In this document: positions 49,987 through 60,966 of the stretch, piece after piece | Layout of the letters: each line of letters begins with the position of its first letter | How positions within the stretch are numbered: the first letter of the stretch is position 1 | Source: Arenicellales bacterium | Lineage (GTDB): Bacteria; Pseudomonadota; Gammaproteobacteria; Arenicellales; JAJDZL01 | NCBI GenBank assembly: GCA_965219265.1 | Contig: OZ244730.1 | Coordinates: 330,501-394,500, forward strand | Length of the DNA stretch: 64,000 nucleotides | Direction: 5' to 3' | Notes under the pieces: model-generated | Seen by the model: only the letters and a program-made list of their open reading frames with translations | The model's database searches: none | Told to the model about the DNA's origin: nothing | Program-made: the position numbers and the translations under genes

Positions 49987-50943
49987 TTACAAGTCTTGTC
50001 TTCGGCGTTGGGCTAGTTGGCAGATGAAATCCATCATTAAACTTGCTCCAGCTAATGCAGTGATTTCCCCAATATCATAGGCAGGCGCAACTTCAACAAG
50101 ATCCATGCCAACAAAGTCGATATCGACTAAACCTCGAATAATGCTCTGAGCCTGCCAAGTTGAAAGTCCGCCGCACACCGGCGTTCCCGTTCCCGGGGCA
50201 AATGACGGGTCCAGGCAGTCAATGTCAAAAGTCAGATACGCACAATTGTCACCTACAATGGCGAGTGTTTCCTGAACTACCGCGTCAATGCCATTTTTTT
50301 GTACAAAATTGGCGTCCATGATATTGAATCCATGAGTATCCGTATTCCAGGTTCTCAATCCAATTTGCACTGATCGTTCTGGTGCAACCAGACCGAGTCG
50401 GGCAGCGTGAAAAAACATTGTGCCGTGATCAATGCGTTCATCGTCTTCTGCCCATGTGTCTGAATGTGCGTCAAAATGGATAAGCGATATCGGTCCGTGT
50501 TTTTCATTCACCGCTTTCAGGATGGGGTAGGTGATGAAATGATCTCCGCCCATTGTCAGAATCTTTGCTCCCCCCGACAGCAGATGACGGGTATGCGCTT
50601 CAATCTGTGCGGGAATCTGGTCAGGAAACCCATGGTCGATATCACAATCGCCGTAGTCTGTCGTGATCAGTTGTCTGAACGGGTCGAAATTCCAAGGCCA
50701 GGTTGATCCGAACCAGGCAAGTTGTGAGGACGCCGCGCGGATGCCGCGCGGTCCGAATCTGGCTCCGGGTCGATTGGTTACAGCGAGATCGTAGGGAACG
50801 CCACTTATGATGAGGTCGGAATGTGTGACGTCTTTTGAGTAGGGTCTCCGAAACGTACTGATTGCACCAGCATAGGTGGATTCATAGCCGATTGAATTGG
50901 TTTTTTCTCCAGTAAAGGCGTTATCGCCGGAATAACTGTTCAT
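49987..50943 (-). CDS. speB: Agmatinase / ureohydrolase-family enzyme (agmatinase or guanidino-acid hydrolase)
   Basis: Arginase-fold metal ligands are present (GGDHFITYP, IHFDAHSDTW, LTFDIDCLDPSFAPGTGTP, VGMDLVEVAP). Specificity within the family cannot be decided from the sequence alone. Confidence 0.8.
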   Translation of the reverse strand: MNSYSGDNAFTGEKTNSIGYESTYAGAISTFRRPYSKDVTHSDLIISGVPYDLAVTNRPGARFGPRGIRAASSQLAWFGSTWPWNFDPFRQLITTDYGDCDIDHGFPDQIPAQIEAHTRHLLSGGAKILTMGGDHFITYPILKAVNEKHGPISLIHFDAHSDTWAEDDERIDHGTMFFHAARLGLVAPERSVQIGLRTWNTDTHGFNIMDANFVQKNGIDAVVQETLAIVGDNCAYLTFDIDCLDPSFAPGTGTPVCGGLSTWQAQSIIRGLVDIDFVGMDLVEVAPAYDIGEITALAGASLMMDFICQLAQRRRQDL

Positions 50944-50992
50944 AGCAGTTCATTCTCCTAGATGCTTGGAATCAGCCATCTTTTGACATGGC

Positions 50993-52435
50993 CTACATTA
51001 ATCCGAGTTTGTTTCGCAAAATTTCACTTACAGATTTTGGATTTGCCTTGCCTTGCGACAGTTTCATGATTTGGCCGACAAAAAAGCCGAGCAGTTTTTG
51101 ATTGCCACTACGCAATTGCTGAACCTGTTCCGGGTAATCCTGCAGCACCTGATCAATATATACCGAAATTTCGTCGATGCTGTCCAACTGGTTCAATCCT
51201 TGAGTTTCTATGGTTTCATCAACGTCTTGTCCCGGATTATCCCAAAGAGCAGCGAGAAGCTCTTTGCCGCCCCGCCCTGATATGATTCCTTGATCAATTC
51301 GAGCGACTATTTGACCCAGAGTTTCAGCACCGACTTTGGATTCGTCAATACTCAGATTGGACTTGTTCAAATAACTGGCAAGCTCGACATTTATCCAGTT
51401 TGCAATGCCTTTGGGGTTGTCCGGAGCCTGTTTGAGAGCTGCCTCAAAAAAATCTGCTGTAGTCCGAGACTGGGTAAGTTGTGCGGCATCGGCTTCCGTT
51501 AGTTTCAGTTGGCTAATGAAGCGCTGCTTTTTTTCGTGCGGTAATTCCGGAAGCGTTTTCTGTACGCTGCTGATGAACTCTTTTGACAGTACCAGTGGTG
51601 GAAGATCCGGATCCGGGAAATAACGATAATCCTGTGCATCTTCCTTGCTTCGCATTGGACGTGTGACGTTCTTCTGCGGATCGTACAACCTCGTCTCTTG
51701 AGCAATACTGCCGTCGTTTTCGAGAATTTCTATTTGACGTTTGCTTTCAGCGATGATTCCTTTTTCGACGAACCGAAAGGAGTTGATGTTTTTTAATTCC
51801 GTACGAGTTCCAAGCTTCGTTTGTCCACGAGGGCGAATCGACACATTGGCATCACAGCGAAGCGATCCTTCCTGCATATTTCCGTCGCATATCTCCAGAT
51901 AGGTAACCAGGCTGTGCAGCTTTCGCATATAGTCAGCTGCTTGTGCTGCGGAGCGAATGTCGGGTTCAGACACAATTTCCAGCAACGGCGTCCCAGCTCT
52001 GTTCAAATCGATTCCGGTCGAGTCCGAGAATTCCTCGTGTAGAGATTTTCCTGCGTCTTCTTCCAAATGTGCCCGTGTGATGCCGACAGTTTGGATTTCG
52101 CCGTCAACCGAGGTCCGAATACAGCCGCCAACTACCACCGGTATTTCGTATTGGCTAATCTGATACCCTTTTGGCAAATCCGGATAGAAATAATTCTTTC
52201 GGGCAAAAATGGACTTGCGATTGATCGTTGCACCGATTGCGAGCCCAAATTTAACCGCCATACGCACCGCTTCCGCATTACAGACTGGCAACACTCCAGG
52301 CAATGCGACATCGATCAAACAGGCTTGTGCGTTGGGCTCGGCGCCGAACTCAGTCGAAGCCCCCGAGAATATTTTGCTGTTGGTTGCCAGCTGGATATGC
52401 ACTTCCAGTCCAATGACACATTCCCAGTCAATCAC
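50993..52435 (-). CDS. gatB: Asp/Glu-tRNA amidotransferase subunit B
   Basis: [36 protein letters not shown], and C-terminal GatB/YqeY domain. Confidence 0.96.
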   Translation of the reverse strand: MIDWECVIGLEVHIQLATNSKIFSGASTEFGAEPNAQACLIDVALPGVLPVCNAEAVRMAVKFGLAIGATINRKSIFARKNYFYPDLPKGYQISQYEIPVVVGGCIRTSVDGEIQTVGITRAHLEEDAGKSLHEEFSDSTGIDLNRAGTPLLEIVSEPDIRSAAQAADYMRKLHSLVTYLEICDGNMQEGSLRCDANVSIRPRGQTKLGTRTELKNINSFRFVEKGIIAESKRQIEILENDGSIAQETRLYDPQKNVTRPMRSKEDAQDYRYFPDPDLPPLVLSKEFISSVQKTLPELPHEKKQRFISQLKLTEADAAQLTQSRTTADFFEAALKQAPDNPKGIANWINVELASYLNKSNLSIDESKVGAETLGQIVARIDQGIISGRGGKELLAALWDNPGQDVDETIETQGLNQLDSIDEISVYIDQVLQDYPEQVQQLRSGNQKLLGFFVGQIMKLSQGKANPKSVSEILRNKLGLM

Positions 52436-53892
52436 GAATTGTCCCCCGGTGCTCTTAAGTGATAATCGGTAATTTTCTGATACTGGTGAGCGGCACGAAG
52501 CAGAAAGGCTTCCTGCAAATAAGGTGCAATGACGTGCAGTCCAACCGGCATTCCCAACGGGTCGAATCCGACAGGTATTGAAAGAGCGGGCAATCCAGCA
52601 AGATTGACTGAGGCGGTATAGATGTCATTCAGGTACATCAGCACAGGATCGGACGTTTTTTCGCCGATGGGGAACGCTGTGGTGGGTGTCGTCGGCCCCA
52701 TGATCAAGTCGCATTTCTCAAAAGCGCTTTTGTAGTCGTCCGAAATCAGTCGGCGAATTTTCTGCGCTTGCAGATAGTAAGCATCGTAGTAGCCGCGTGA
52801 AAGAACATAAGTACCGATCAGGATTCTTCTATGCACTTCCGGCCCAAAACCTTCGCCGCGTGTTTTACGGTACATATCCGCAATATCTTCTCTGGATTTG
52901 CTGCGATAACCATAACGCACACCGTCGAATCTGGATAGATTTGACGATGCTTCTGCCGGTGCGATCACATAGTAGCAGGGGATGGCTGCCTTGCTGTTCG
53001 GCAAATTCAGATCAACCAGGCGAGCGCCGAGAGATTCGAACTCGGAAAGTGCCCGCTGAACGATTTCACCGACCGACGAATCAAGTCCTGCAGTAAAGTA
53101 TTCTTCCGGCACTCCGATAGTCAGCTTTTCAAGCGGCTTTTCTAAATGTTTCATGCAATCGGGCGGCGGAATCTCCAGGGAGGTTGAGTCTTTCGGGTCA
53201 AATCCGCAAATTACATCCAGCAACAATGCAGCGTCTTGCGCGCTGCGAGTGAGCACGCCGGCCTGGTCCAAGGATGAAGCGAAAGCAATCATTCCGAAAC
53301 GCGAGGCTCGCCCGTAGCTTGGCTTGACCCCTGTTATTCCACACATTGCTGCGGGTTGCCTAACTGACCCGCCTGTATCGGTACCAGTTGCGGCAGCAGC
53401 CAATCCAGCCGCAACTGCGACTGCCGAGCCGCCCGAACTGCCGCCTGGCACCTTCGACAGGTCCCATGGGTTCTTGACTGGATCATAGTCGGAATGTTCG
53501 CTGGATGAACCCATCGCGAATTCATCCATGTTCGTCTTCCCTAGCGAAATGACCTTTGCCTCGTTCAGTCGCGAGACGACGGTTGCATCATACGGTGGCA
53601 CGAAATTGCCGAGAATTTTGGAGGCACAGGTGGTGCGCACCCCCTTGGTGCAGAAAATGTCTTTGTGAGCAATTGGGATGCCAGCTAGAGGCCCGAGCTC
53701 TGAGCGTGTTCTCGCCTTGTCAATTTTTTCCGCTTTACTTACAGCCGCTTCCTGATCAAGCGTGATGAAGGCATTTAATTCACGACTGTTGCCAATTCGT
53801 CGAAAATACTCGTTACACAGTTCTACACTCGAAATTTCACGATTTTGCAGTGACTGGGCGATCTGTGCAAGTTCCAGTCCAAGCTGTCTCAT
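52432..53892 (-). CDS. gatA: Asp/Glu-tRNA amidotransferase subunit A (amidase signature)
   Basis: [14 protein letters not shown] and [33 protein letters not shown] (amidase signature). Confidence 0.96.
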   Translation of the reverse strand: MRQLGLELAQIAQSLQNREISSVELCNEYFRRIGNSRELNAFITLDQEAAVSKAEKIDKARTRSELGPLAGIPIAHKDIFCTKGVRTTCASKILGNFVPPYDATVVSRLNEAKVISLGKTNMDEFAMGSSSEHSDYDPVKNPWDLSKVPGGSSGGSAVAVAAGLAAAATGTDTGGSVRQPAAMCGITGVKPSYGRASRFGMIAFASSLDQAGVLTRSAQDAALLLDVICGFDPKDSTSLEIPPPDCMKHLEKPLEKLTIGVPEEYFTAGLDSSVGEIVQRALSEFESLGARLVDLNLPNSKAAIPCYYVIAPAEASSNLSRFDGVRYGYRSKSREDIADMYRKTRGEGFGPEVHRRILIGTYVLSRGYYDAYYLQAQKIRRLISDDYKSAFEKCDLIMGPTTPTTAFPIGEKTSDPVLMYLNDIYTASVNLAGLPALSIPVGFDPLGMPVGLHVIAPYLQEAFLLRAAHQYQKITDYHLRAPGDNS

Positions 53893-54117
53893 CTAGCTTT
53901 CCGTGGAGAATCGGGACAATTTTGGGGTTGCAAATTCACTAAATGACTTCGGTTGTCGGCGAGCTTTCCTGAATTCATTATTACTGGCTGAGAGCAGAGT
54001 ATAATCATATAATTGGAAGCATGAATTTCAGTTAAATCTGAGCGGTGCGGTGCTGAATGCATCGCCAGCGATATGGGATATTCGGTAAATTTATGGTCCA
54101 AAGTTCGGTAAAGACGC

Positions 54118-54405
54118 TCAATCAAGTACTTTTGGAACTAGATATAATCCGTCTTTTGTAGCAGGAGCGATTGATTGCAGTTCAGAGCGCTGATCAGGTT
54201 CGGTAATCTCGTCCAGTCTAAGTCTTAGCTTAATATCCTGCGGATGTGGCATTGGCTTGATTTCTGATGTGTCAATTTCTTGCATTTGACGAATCATGGA
54301 CAAAATATCTGCCATTTCCTGAACGAATGAATCTATCACGCTATCTTCAACATCAAGCTGGGCAAGTGTTGCAATGGTTTCAATATCTGATTTTGAGAAG
54401 TTCAT
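54118..54405 (-). CDS. gatC: Asp/Glu-tRNA amidotransferase subunit C
   Basis: MNFSKSDIETIATLAQLDVED...MQEIDTS...LRLDE. The ATG at 54405 gives 95 aa. The longer ORF from 54501 is rejected. Confidence 0.9.
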   Translation of the reverse strand: MNFSKSDIETIATLAQLDVEDSVIDSFVQEMADILSMIRQMQEIDTSEIKPMPHPQDIKLRLRLDEITEPDQRSELQSIAPATKDGLYLVPKVLD

Positions 54406-54540
54406 GATCCTGAATTCTGCTGCAAATAGGGATGAAATTATAGTAATTCCCCCACCTTTCATTACGAAAACCTTGAAAAATTGAAGTGCTTGTCGGTTCA
54501 CCTGTATGATGATTTACAGCCCGTAGACGAGATGAATTGA

Positions 54541-55596
54541 ATGGGACGCATCTTCAATTATTTTTCTCAAGACTTGGCGATAGATTTAGGAACCGCCAAT
54601 ACCCTGATCTATGATAGGATCAGAGGAGAAATCATCCTCAACGAACCGTCAGTCGTCGCTGTCTACGTTCCGGAATTTCACGGGCAGCAACGCTACAAGA
54701 GTCTGTCCGATTCGATTCTGGCGGTGGGCCAAGATGCGAAAAATATGCTCGGTAAAACGCCAGGCAACATACAGGCAATCCGCCCCTTGAGAGATGGTGT
54801 TATTGCTGATTTTTCAGTGACGGAAATGATGCTTAGGCATTTCATTGGCAAAGCCCAGTCGCGCCGTCTATTCATACGCCCGCGCACCGTCATCAGTGTA
54901 CCATGCGGATCCACGCCGGTAGAACGACGCGCGATCCGCGAGTCCTGCCTCAGCGCAGGTGCACGAGAAGTCTATCTTATGGACGAACCTATGGCGGTGG
55001 CTGTCGGAATGAACTTGCCGGTTTCGGACCCGGTTGGATCGATGGTCGTTGACATCGGTGGAGGCACGACTGAAATCGGTGTGATTTCTCTTGGCGGGCT
55101 TGTTTATTCAAGTACGCTACGGTGCGCTGGAGACCTCTTTGATCTAAAAATAAAAAATTACGTGGAAGACAAGTACGGTTTGCAAATCGGAATGCCGACT
55201 TCGGAAAAAATTAAGCAGCTGATCGGAACTGCTTGGAGAGGGTCGGAAGAAACCATGATGGAAATTCGTGGGCGAGATTACAAAGGTGCCATGCAAAAGC
55301 ACGTTCTGCGCAGCAGCGAAATATACGAAGTGCTTCAGGGTTCCTTGGGCGAGATCATCAGTGCAGTGCGTCAGGCACTGGAAAAATCTCCACCGGAGTT
55401 GTCGGGTGACATCTTTGAGCGTGGCATTCTGTTGGCGGGCGGTGGTGCGTTGCTGAGAGACATCGACAAACGGTTCAACGAGGAATTGAAAATTCCGACG
55501 ATAATTGCTGAGGAACCTTTAACGTGCGTGGCTAGAGGCTGCGGACGCGCTCTGGAGCAGGCCGAGCTTCTGCACAAGGTGGTGTCAGCCCATTGA
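54541..55596 (+). CDS. mreB: Rod-shape-determining actin homologue MreB
   Basis: DLAIDLGTANTLIY, MVVDIGGGTTEIGVISLGG and LAGGGALLRDIDK. Divergent from gatCAB, as in Pseudomonas. Confidence 0.97.
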   Translation: MGRIFNYFSQDLAIDLGTANTLIYDRIRGEIILNEPSVVAVYVPEFHGQQRYKSLSDSILAVGQDAKNMLGKTPGNIQAIRPLRDGVIADFSVTEMMLRHFIGKAQSRRLFIRPRTVISVPCGSTPVERRAIRESCLSAGAREVYLMDEPMAVAVGMNLPVSDPVGSMVVDIGGGTTEIGVISLGGLVYSSTLRCAGDLFDLKIKNYVEDKYGLQIGMPTSEKIKQLIGTAWRGSEETMMEIRGRDYKGAMQKHVLRSSEIYEVLQGSLGEIISAVRQALEKSPPELSGDIFERGILLAGGGALLRDIDKRFNEELKIPTIIAEEPLTCVARGCGRALEQAELLHKVVSAH

Positions 55597-55635
55597 TAAT
55601 AGACATGCGATACACAAAATATTGAGGAATTCTGA

Positions 55636-56508
55636 ATGAATCTAGGCGCATCTGGATTGAAGCAGGACCTGCACTTCTTTCTGTTGGCCGCACTGTCAAT
55701 CGTTCTTATCATCCTGGAGTCTCATTCTGCAATGTTGCAGAGTACTCGCTCAGTGATGTTCGTTACGGTCAAGCCGCTGATTGAGGTGGCTCAACTCCCC
55801 ACAAAAGCCACCAATAGCATTCGACAGATTCTTGAAGAGCGAGAACAGCTCCGAGAGCGTAACCGAATAGTCAACCAGGAGAACGCAGAACTACGGGAAC
55901 GAATCATCCAGCTGAAGAATGAAGAACTCCGGAGCAAATGGCTGGCGGAACTGCTCGATGCGAAAGAGAAGTTTCAGTACCCAGTGCTATCTGCAAACCT
56001 GACATCGATTCAATTGCAGCCTTTGTCACAAAAGATTGTGCTGAATCGTGGAACCGACGACAGAGTATTTATAGGGCAACCGGTTATCGACCATAGAGGT
56101 GTGATCGGCCAGGTGTCTTCAGCCACACTGACAGAGAGTGCGGTTACACTGATTACGGATGCCAATCACTCTATTCCGGTACGCATTCAGAGAAATGGCA
56201 TTCGAGCCGTTGTGCACGGGCTGGGAGTACCGAATCAGTTGCTTGTGTCGGAGTTGCAAGTCAATCAGGACGTTCGGCCGGGCGACATATTGGTGACTTC
56301 AGGTCTGGGCGAGAGATTTCCACTGGGTTATCCAGTTGCTGAAGTAACGAGCGTCGTACGTAACAAAAATGTTCCTTTTGCGGAAATTACTGCGATTCCC
56401 CTGGCAGCGCTAGACCCAAGTTTTGAAGTGTTGATGGTTTGGAACAACGCCCCTGTGAAATCCGGCAATACACCTATTGTAACGATGAATGATTCCGGAG
56501 AGAAGTAA
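55636..56508 (+). CDS. mreC: Rod-shape-determining protein MreC
   Basis: Coiled-coil N-terminus (ENAELRERIIQLKNEE) and C-terminal beta domains (GQPVIDHRGVIGQV, ILVTSGLGERFPLGYPVA). Confidence 0.92.
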   Translation: MNLGASGLKQDLHFFLLAALSIVLIILESHSAMLQSTRSVMFVTVKPLIEVAQLPTKATNSIRQILEEREQLRERNRIVNQENAELRERIIQLKNEELRSKWLAELLDAKEKFQYPVLSANLTSIQLQPLSQKIVLNRGTDDRVFIGQPVIDHRGVIGQVSSATLTESAVTLITDANHSIPVRIQRNGIRAVVHGLGVPNQLLVSELQVNQDVRPGDILVTSGLGERFPLGYPVAEVTSVVRNKNVPFAEITAIPLAALDPSFEVLMVWNNAPVKSGNTPIVTMNDSGEK

Positions 56509-56995
56509 TTTATCGAAGATCACGGACTTTGCTCAAATCGTAGCTTCGTTCGCGATCGCCATGGTTCTTTCTGTTGTTTCGCTGCCGGAATCAGTTGCAG
56601 AATTTCGTCCCGATTTTGTGGCGTTGGTGCTTATTTTCTGGTGCCTGTACAAACCCCAGACGGTAGGTATTTTCACGGCATTCGCAGTTGGATTGCTTGC
56701 CGATACAATACTTTTTGGCGTGCTGGGCCAAAATGCTATTGCAAAGGTTTCGGTAGCTTATATTGTCCTTAGATTGATGAGTACAGCAGTCACGGCAACC
56801 CTTTGGAAGCAGACATTGGTGGTTCTGGCACTGCTCTACTTAAACGCATGGATCATTAGCATTGTCAACGAATTTACGCAAGACCACGCAGGTTCCATTT
56901 CGCTCTGGTTAGCGCCATTGACCGGTGCACTAATCTGGTATCTATTCGTGTTTTTCTGGCGCACAAGAGAAAAACAGCATGGCTTTATTGATTGA
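56489..56995 (+). CDS. mreD: Rod-shape-determining protein MreD
   Basis: 168-aa polytopic membrane protein directly after and overlapping mreC. Confidence 0.85.
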   Translation: MIPERSNLSKITDFAQIVASFAIAMVLSVVSLPESVAEFRPDFVALVLIFWCLYKPQTVGIFTAFAVGLLADTILFGVLGQNAIAKVSVAYIVLRLMSTAVTATLWKQTLVVLALLYLNAWIISIVNEFTQDHAGSISLWLAPLTGALIWYLFVFFWRTREKQHGFID

Positions 56996-58865
56996 TCCTA
57001 TGAATCACCAGATGCCGGCTGGTCTACGCAAGATAAGTCGGCATCGCGTTCTGCTATCGCTCATTGGCATGGTTATTCTGCTGCTGATTCTAATTGCTAG
57101 ATTAGCATATCTTCAGATCATCGCATATTCCAACTATGCAGCACTTTCGACCAACAATCGAGTGGAAATTGTTCCGATACCGCCGGTTCGAGGACAGATT
57201 CTGGATCGAAATGGAAATCTGCTGGCAGGCAACAAGACCGTCTATACGCTGGGAATTGTTCCAGCACGCGCAGCTGATCTTGACAAGCTACTCGACGATA
57301 TTAAAAACATCATTCCAGTCAGTGAATCTGAACTGAAGGATTTCCGGAAATCCGTAAAACGATCAAGTAGATTCGAACTACAAACTCTAAAAGACTACCT
57401 GACTGACGAGCAGATCGGACATCTGGCAGTGGATCGATACCGTTTGCCAGGAGCCTATATCAGTGCCGAGCTGCATCGCAACTATTATTCAGGTGAATAT
57501 GCGGCACATGTGATTGGTAGAGTGAGTCGAATTGATGAACAGGATTTGAAGAGAATCAATCCTGTTCGATACCGAGGCATCCAGTATATTGGCAAATATG
57601 GGGCCGAACTATCCAGTGAAGAAAGCCTGGTGGGTTGGCCGGGTTATGAGCGGGTGGAGACAAATGCCCACGGTCAGAAATTACGAACCTTGTCTCAAGT
57701 GCTGCCAACTTCCGGCCGAGATATTTATCTGACGATTGATTTGGGCTTGCAAAAGGTTGCATATGACGCGATTGGTGATAACAAAGGGGCGTTAGTAGCG
57801 CTTGAACCAGCAACCGGAAGAATTCTGGCGATGGTTAGCAAACCGTCATTTGATGCCAATGATTTCGGGATTTCCGCACCACCGGAAAGGCTTGTTCAAT
57901 TGCTGAAAGGAGAACAAAGCCCATTGCTCAATCGAGGGATTCAAGGACTGTATTCACCGGGCTCTACGATCAAGCCATTTTTGGCCATTGCAGCAAGTGA
58001 GACTCAATCTAGTTCTGCACAAGTTCATTGTCCAGGCTGGTATCAGCTACCGGGAGTGAAGAAAAAGTATCGATGCTGGAAAAAAGAAGGTCATGGCAAA
58101 GTTGATTTGCGAAAATCAGTGGTAGAATCCTGCGATGTGTATTTTTATGCCCTAGCTAGGGAACTTGGCATTGATGAGATGTATTTCCAGCTGTCCAAAT
58201 TCGGCTTTGGACATCGCACTGGTGTCGAACTGAAGAACGAGGTTAATGGCCTTCTTCCATCCCAGGAATGGAAACGCAAGACGCTGAATGAGGGCTGGTA
58301 TGCGGGAGAGACGTTGATTGCGGGAATCGGACAGGGTGCCTTTTCGGTAACCATGCTGCAATTAGCTCATGCAGTATCGATTATTGCGAATCGAGGTGAC
58401 AAATTCACTCCGCAAATTATTCTGAAATCTGTGGATATCAATACCGGAGTGGAAGACTACCGAAAGCCCGATTTGAGGGGGACGATAGATGTAGCCACCC
58501 AAAATTTCGAGAAAAATATTGATTACATGATAGATGTGGTTCACGGCAATAAGGGTACAGCGAAAGGAATCAGCGAGGGACTGCAATACAAGATTGCCGG
58601 CAAAACCGGTACAGTGCAGGTGATTCAGCGTGCGAGTGATGTGGAGTGGGATGCTGAGGCTATTCCCAAGAAATTTCATCCTCATGGAATTTTCACGGCA
58701 TTTGCTCCGGCCGAGAAGCCTGAGATTGTAATTGCTGTGATCATTGAGAACGGTGGATCTGGTAGTTCGGTTGCCCCGATTGCAAGAACAGTGATGGATT
58801 ACTATTTGCTCAATCCGCAAACCAAACCGCAAGGTGACAAGATTGCATTTAAATCAATCCAATAA
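56979..58865 (+). CDS. mrdA: Penicillin-binding protein 2 (elongasome transpeptidase)
   Basis: IPPVRGQILDRNGNLLA, active-site SPGSTIKP, SCDVYF and KIAGKTGT. Confidence 0.95.
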   Translation: MALLIDPMNHQMPAGLRKISRHRVLLSLIGMVILLLILIARLAYLQIIAYSNYAALSTNNRVEIVPIPPVRGQILDRNGNLLAGNKTVYTLGIVPARAADLDKLLDDIKNIIPVSESELKDFRKSVKRSSRFELQTLKDYLTDEQIGHLAVDRYRLPGAYISAELHRNYYSGEYAAHVIGRVSRIDEQDLKRINPVRYRGIQYIGKYGAELSSEESLVGWPGYERVETNAHGQKLRTLSQVLPTSGRDIYLTIDLGLQKVAYDAIGDNKGALVALEPATGRILAMVSKPSFDANDFGISAPPERLVQLLKGEQSPLLNRGIQGLYSPGSTIKPFLAIAASETQSSSAQVHCPGWYQLPGVKKKYRCWKKEGHGKVDLRKSVVESCDVYFYALARELGIDEMYFQLSKFGFGHRTGVELKNEVNGLLPSQEWKRKTLNEGWYAGETLIAGIGQGAFSVTMLQLAHAVSIIANRGDKFTPQIILKSVDINTGVEDYRKPDLRGTIDVATQNFEKNIDYMIDVVHGNKGTAKGISEGLQYKIAGKTGTVQVIQRASDVEWDAEAIPKKFHPHGIFTAFAPAEKPEIVIAVIIENGGSGSSVAPIARTVMDYYLLNPQTKPQGDKIAFKSIQ

Positions 58866-59943
58866 TGTCAGGGGAGTGGTTCCGATTCTCTCGCGAATCG
58901 ATCTTCCGATTCTTTTGGCGCTAATAATTCTGTGCGGTATTGGGTTAGCAGTTCAGTTCAGTGCCGGTGGGGAGGATGTCGATCAGGTATGGCGTCAGAC
59001 GATTCGCATTTCAATCGCGGTTTTGTTCATGGTGGGTTTGACTGCCATGTCATTGGAGACTTTGCGCAAGTACACGCCGCATCTCTACACAGGCGGTTTT
59101 TTGCTGCTTGTCCTCGTCCTGATCATTGGTACAGTGGGGCGAGGTGCACAACGCTGGCTGGATTTAGGCATCATTAGTTTTCAGCCCGCGGAACTCATGA
59201 AAATCGTCGTTCCCATGATGGTTGCATGGCTTCTTACTCGTTCTCAGATGTTCAATCGAAAGCTGAGTTTTGTGGCCTGTGGATTTCTTGTGCTGTTTCC
59301 GGCACTGCTGGTTTACATGCAGCCGGATTTGGGGACAGCTATTCTCATTGCATCTGTCGGAGGATTCGCAATTTTTTTGGGCGGTCTTTCGTGGCGCTGG
59401 ATTACTTCGATCGGGGTTGTCACTCTGGTTTCCTTTCCGCTTATTTGGCCACTGTTGCATGAGTATCAGCGGCAAAGGGTGATTACAATGTTTGATCCGT
59501 GGAAAGACCCGTTCGGACAGGGATATCATAGCGTTCAGTCCATGATTGCGATCGGCTCTGGGGGAGTGTATGGCAAAGGCTGGCTGAATGGCAGCCAGTC
59601 TCAGTTGGAGTTCATACCCGAAAGAAGCACCGACTTCGTTTTCTCGGTTTTCGCTGAGGAATTCGGTCTGATCGGCAGTGTCATTTTGGTTGTTGTCTTT
59701 CTTTTCTTGATCAGTCGTTGTTTTTTCATTGCCTACAAGAGCAAGAGCGATTTTGGAAGAATTGTTGCCAGCAGCATCGCAATTATGATTTTCGTTCATC
59801 TTTTCGTAAACATCGGAATGGTGGCGGGTATTTTGCCTGTAGTCGGCATTCCGTTGCCGATAATCAGTTATGGAGGTACATCCATGGTAACAGTTCTGGC
59901 TGGTATCGGAATCGTAATGGGAGTTCGACATGCGAAGGACTAG
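58834..59943 (+). CDS. mrdB: Peptidoglycan glycosyltransferase RodA (SEDS family)
   Basis: RWLDLGIISFQPAELMKI, QPDLGTA, FIPERSTDFVFSVFAEEFG, and GIPLPIISYGGTSM. The start is uncertain (GTG at 58834 overlaps mrdA; an alternative GTG lies at 58876). Confidence 0.93.
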   Translation: MTRLHLNQSNNVRGVVPILSRIDLPILLALIILCGIGLAVQFSAGGEDVDQVWRQTIRISIAVLFMVGLTAMSLETLRKYTPHLYTGGFLLLVLVLIIGTVGRGAQRWLDLGIISFQPAELMKIVVPMMVAWLLTRSQMFNRKLSFVACGFLVLFPALLVYMQPDLGTAILIASVGGFAIFLGGLSWRWITSIGVVTLVSFPLIWPLLHEYQRQRVITMFDPWKDPFGQGYHSVQSMIAIGSGGVYGKGWLNGSQSQLEFIPERSTDFVFSVFAEEFGLIGSVILVVVFLFLISRCFFIAYKSKSDFGRIVASSIAIMIFVHLFVNIGMVAGILPVVGIPLPIISYGGTSMVTVLAGIGIVMGVRHAKD

Positions 59944-60964
59944 ATCTAGAAACGGAGTTCAGAAAACGATTCAGGTTGTCGTGCAAGCCTTGGTTGTTTT
60001 AGTCGTCGCGTCGACACTTGTTCAAGCGGTGGATTTCGAGGAATATCCGGAAGCGGCTGAACTCATCAAGGAAATCGTGAGTGAACACGGATTCAAAGAA
60101 GCATGGGTTGAAGCGATTGTTCGTGACGCGGTTTTTCAAAAAGACATCATTGAGGCGATCTCCCGCCCAGCAGAAAAAAGGCTTCCCTGGTATCGCTATA
60201 AATCAATATTCGTCACTCAGTCGAGAGCCGATTTCGGCGCGGCTTTCTGGGAGCGTAATAAAGAGGTAGTAGCGAGAGTGGAAAAAGTCTACGGTGTGGA
60301 TGGAGCAGTGATTGTCGCCATAATTGGAGTCGAGACCCACTATGGCAGGATCACTGGTAAGCATCGAGTGATAGACAGTCTGGTAACGCTTACGCTGGGA
60401 TATCCTCGCAGAAGTGAATTTTTCAGAAATGAGTTCATTGCGTTTCTGAAATTGGTGGATGAGGAAGGACTTGATCCCATGTTCGTGAAAGGATCTTATG
60501 CTGGGGCCATGGGGATTCCTCAGTTTATCTCCAGCAGTTACCGTCATTATGCGGTTGATTTCAATGAAAATGGACAGCGAGACCTGCTTGCTGAACCGCA
60601 TGATGCAATCGGCAGTGTGGCAAATTATTTGAAGAAACATGGTTGGAAAACGAATCAACAAATCTACGCAGATTTGCATTCCACCAGCACGGATGCATTG
60701 GAAAAAGTCGTAACCAAAGGTCTGAACAACGATAGAACTTACGGTGAACTGATAGATTCTGACATTACTCTGATTCCTGAAATCGAGGCAGATGCCAATC
60801 TGAATGTTGGGGTGATCAAGTTTGAGACGAAAGCAGGTGCTTTCATTTATCGCGCGGGGTTTCCAAATTTCTATGTAATTACAAAGTACAACAGAAGTCC
60901 ACTCTATGCCATGGCTGTAGCAGAGCTTGCAAATCTGATTGATTCCAGACGAGCGAGGGACTAG
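59930..60964 (+). CDS. mltB: Lytic murein transglycosylase B
   Basis: VAIIGVETHYGRITG and GSYAGAMGIPQFISSSY (MltB/SltB signature). Confidence 0.9.
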   Translation: MRRTRSRNGVQKTIQVVVQALVVLVVASTLVQAVDFEEYPEAAELIKEIVSEHGFKEAWVEAIVRDAVFQKDIIEAISRPAEKRLPWYRYKSIFVTQSRADFGAAFWERNKEVVARVEKVYGVDGAVIVAIIGVETHYGRITGKHRVIDSLVTLTLGYPRRSEFFRNEFIAFLKLVDEEGLDPMFVKGSYAGAMGIPQFISSSYRHYAVDFNENGQRDLLAEPHDAIGSVANYLKKHGWKTNQQIYADLHSTSTDALEKVVTKGLNNDRTYGELIDSDITLIPEIEADANLNVGVIKFETKAGAFIYRAGFPNFYVITKYNRSPLYAMAVAELANLIDSRRARD

Positions 60965-60966
60965 GG

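Noticed and set aside
59164-59931. 255-aa ORF antisense to rodA. Similar long antisense ORFs occur at 39822-40448 (hflK), 32312-32899 (nnr), 12153-12653 (tolA) and 28736-29344 (IS scar).
   Set aside because: All lie opposite strongly supported genes. Their translations are low-complexity or biased (Ser/Cys/Arg-rich) and no family is recognised, so they are treated as non-coding shadow frames.
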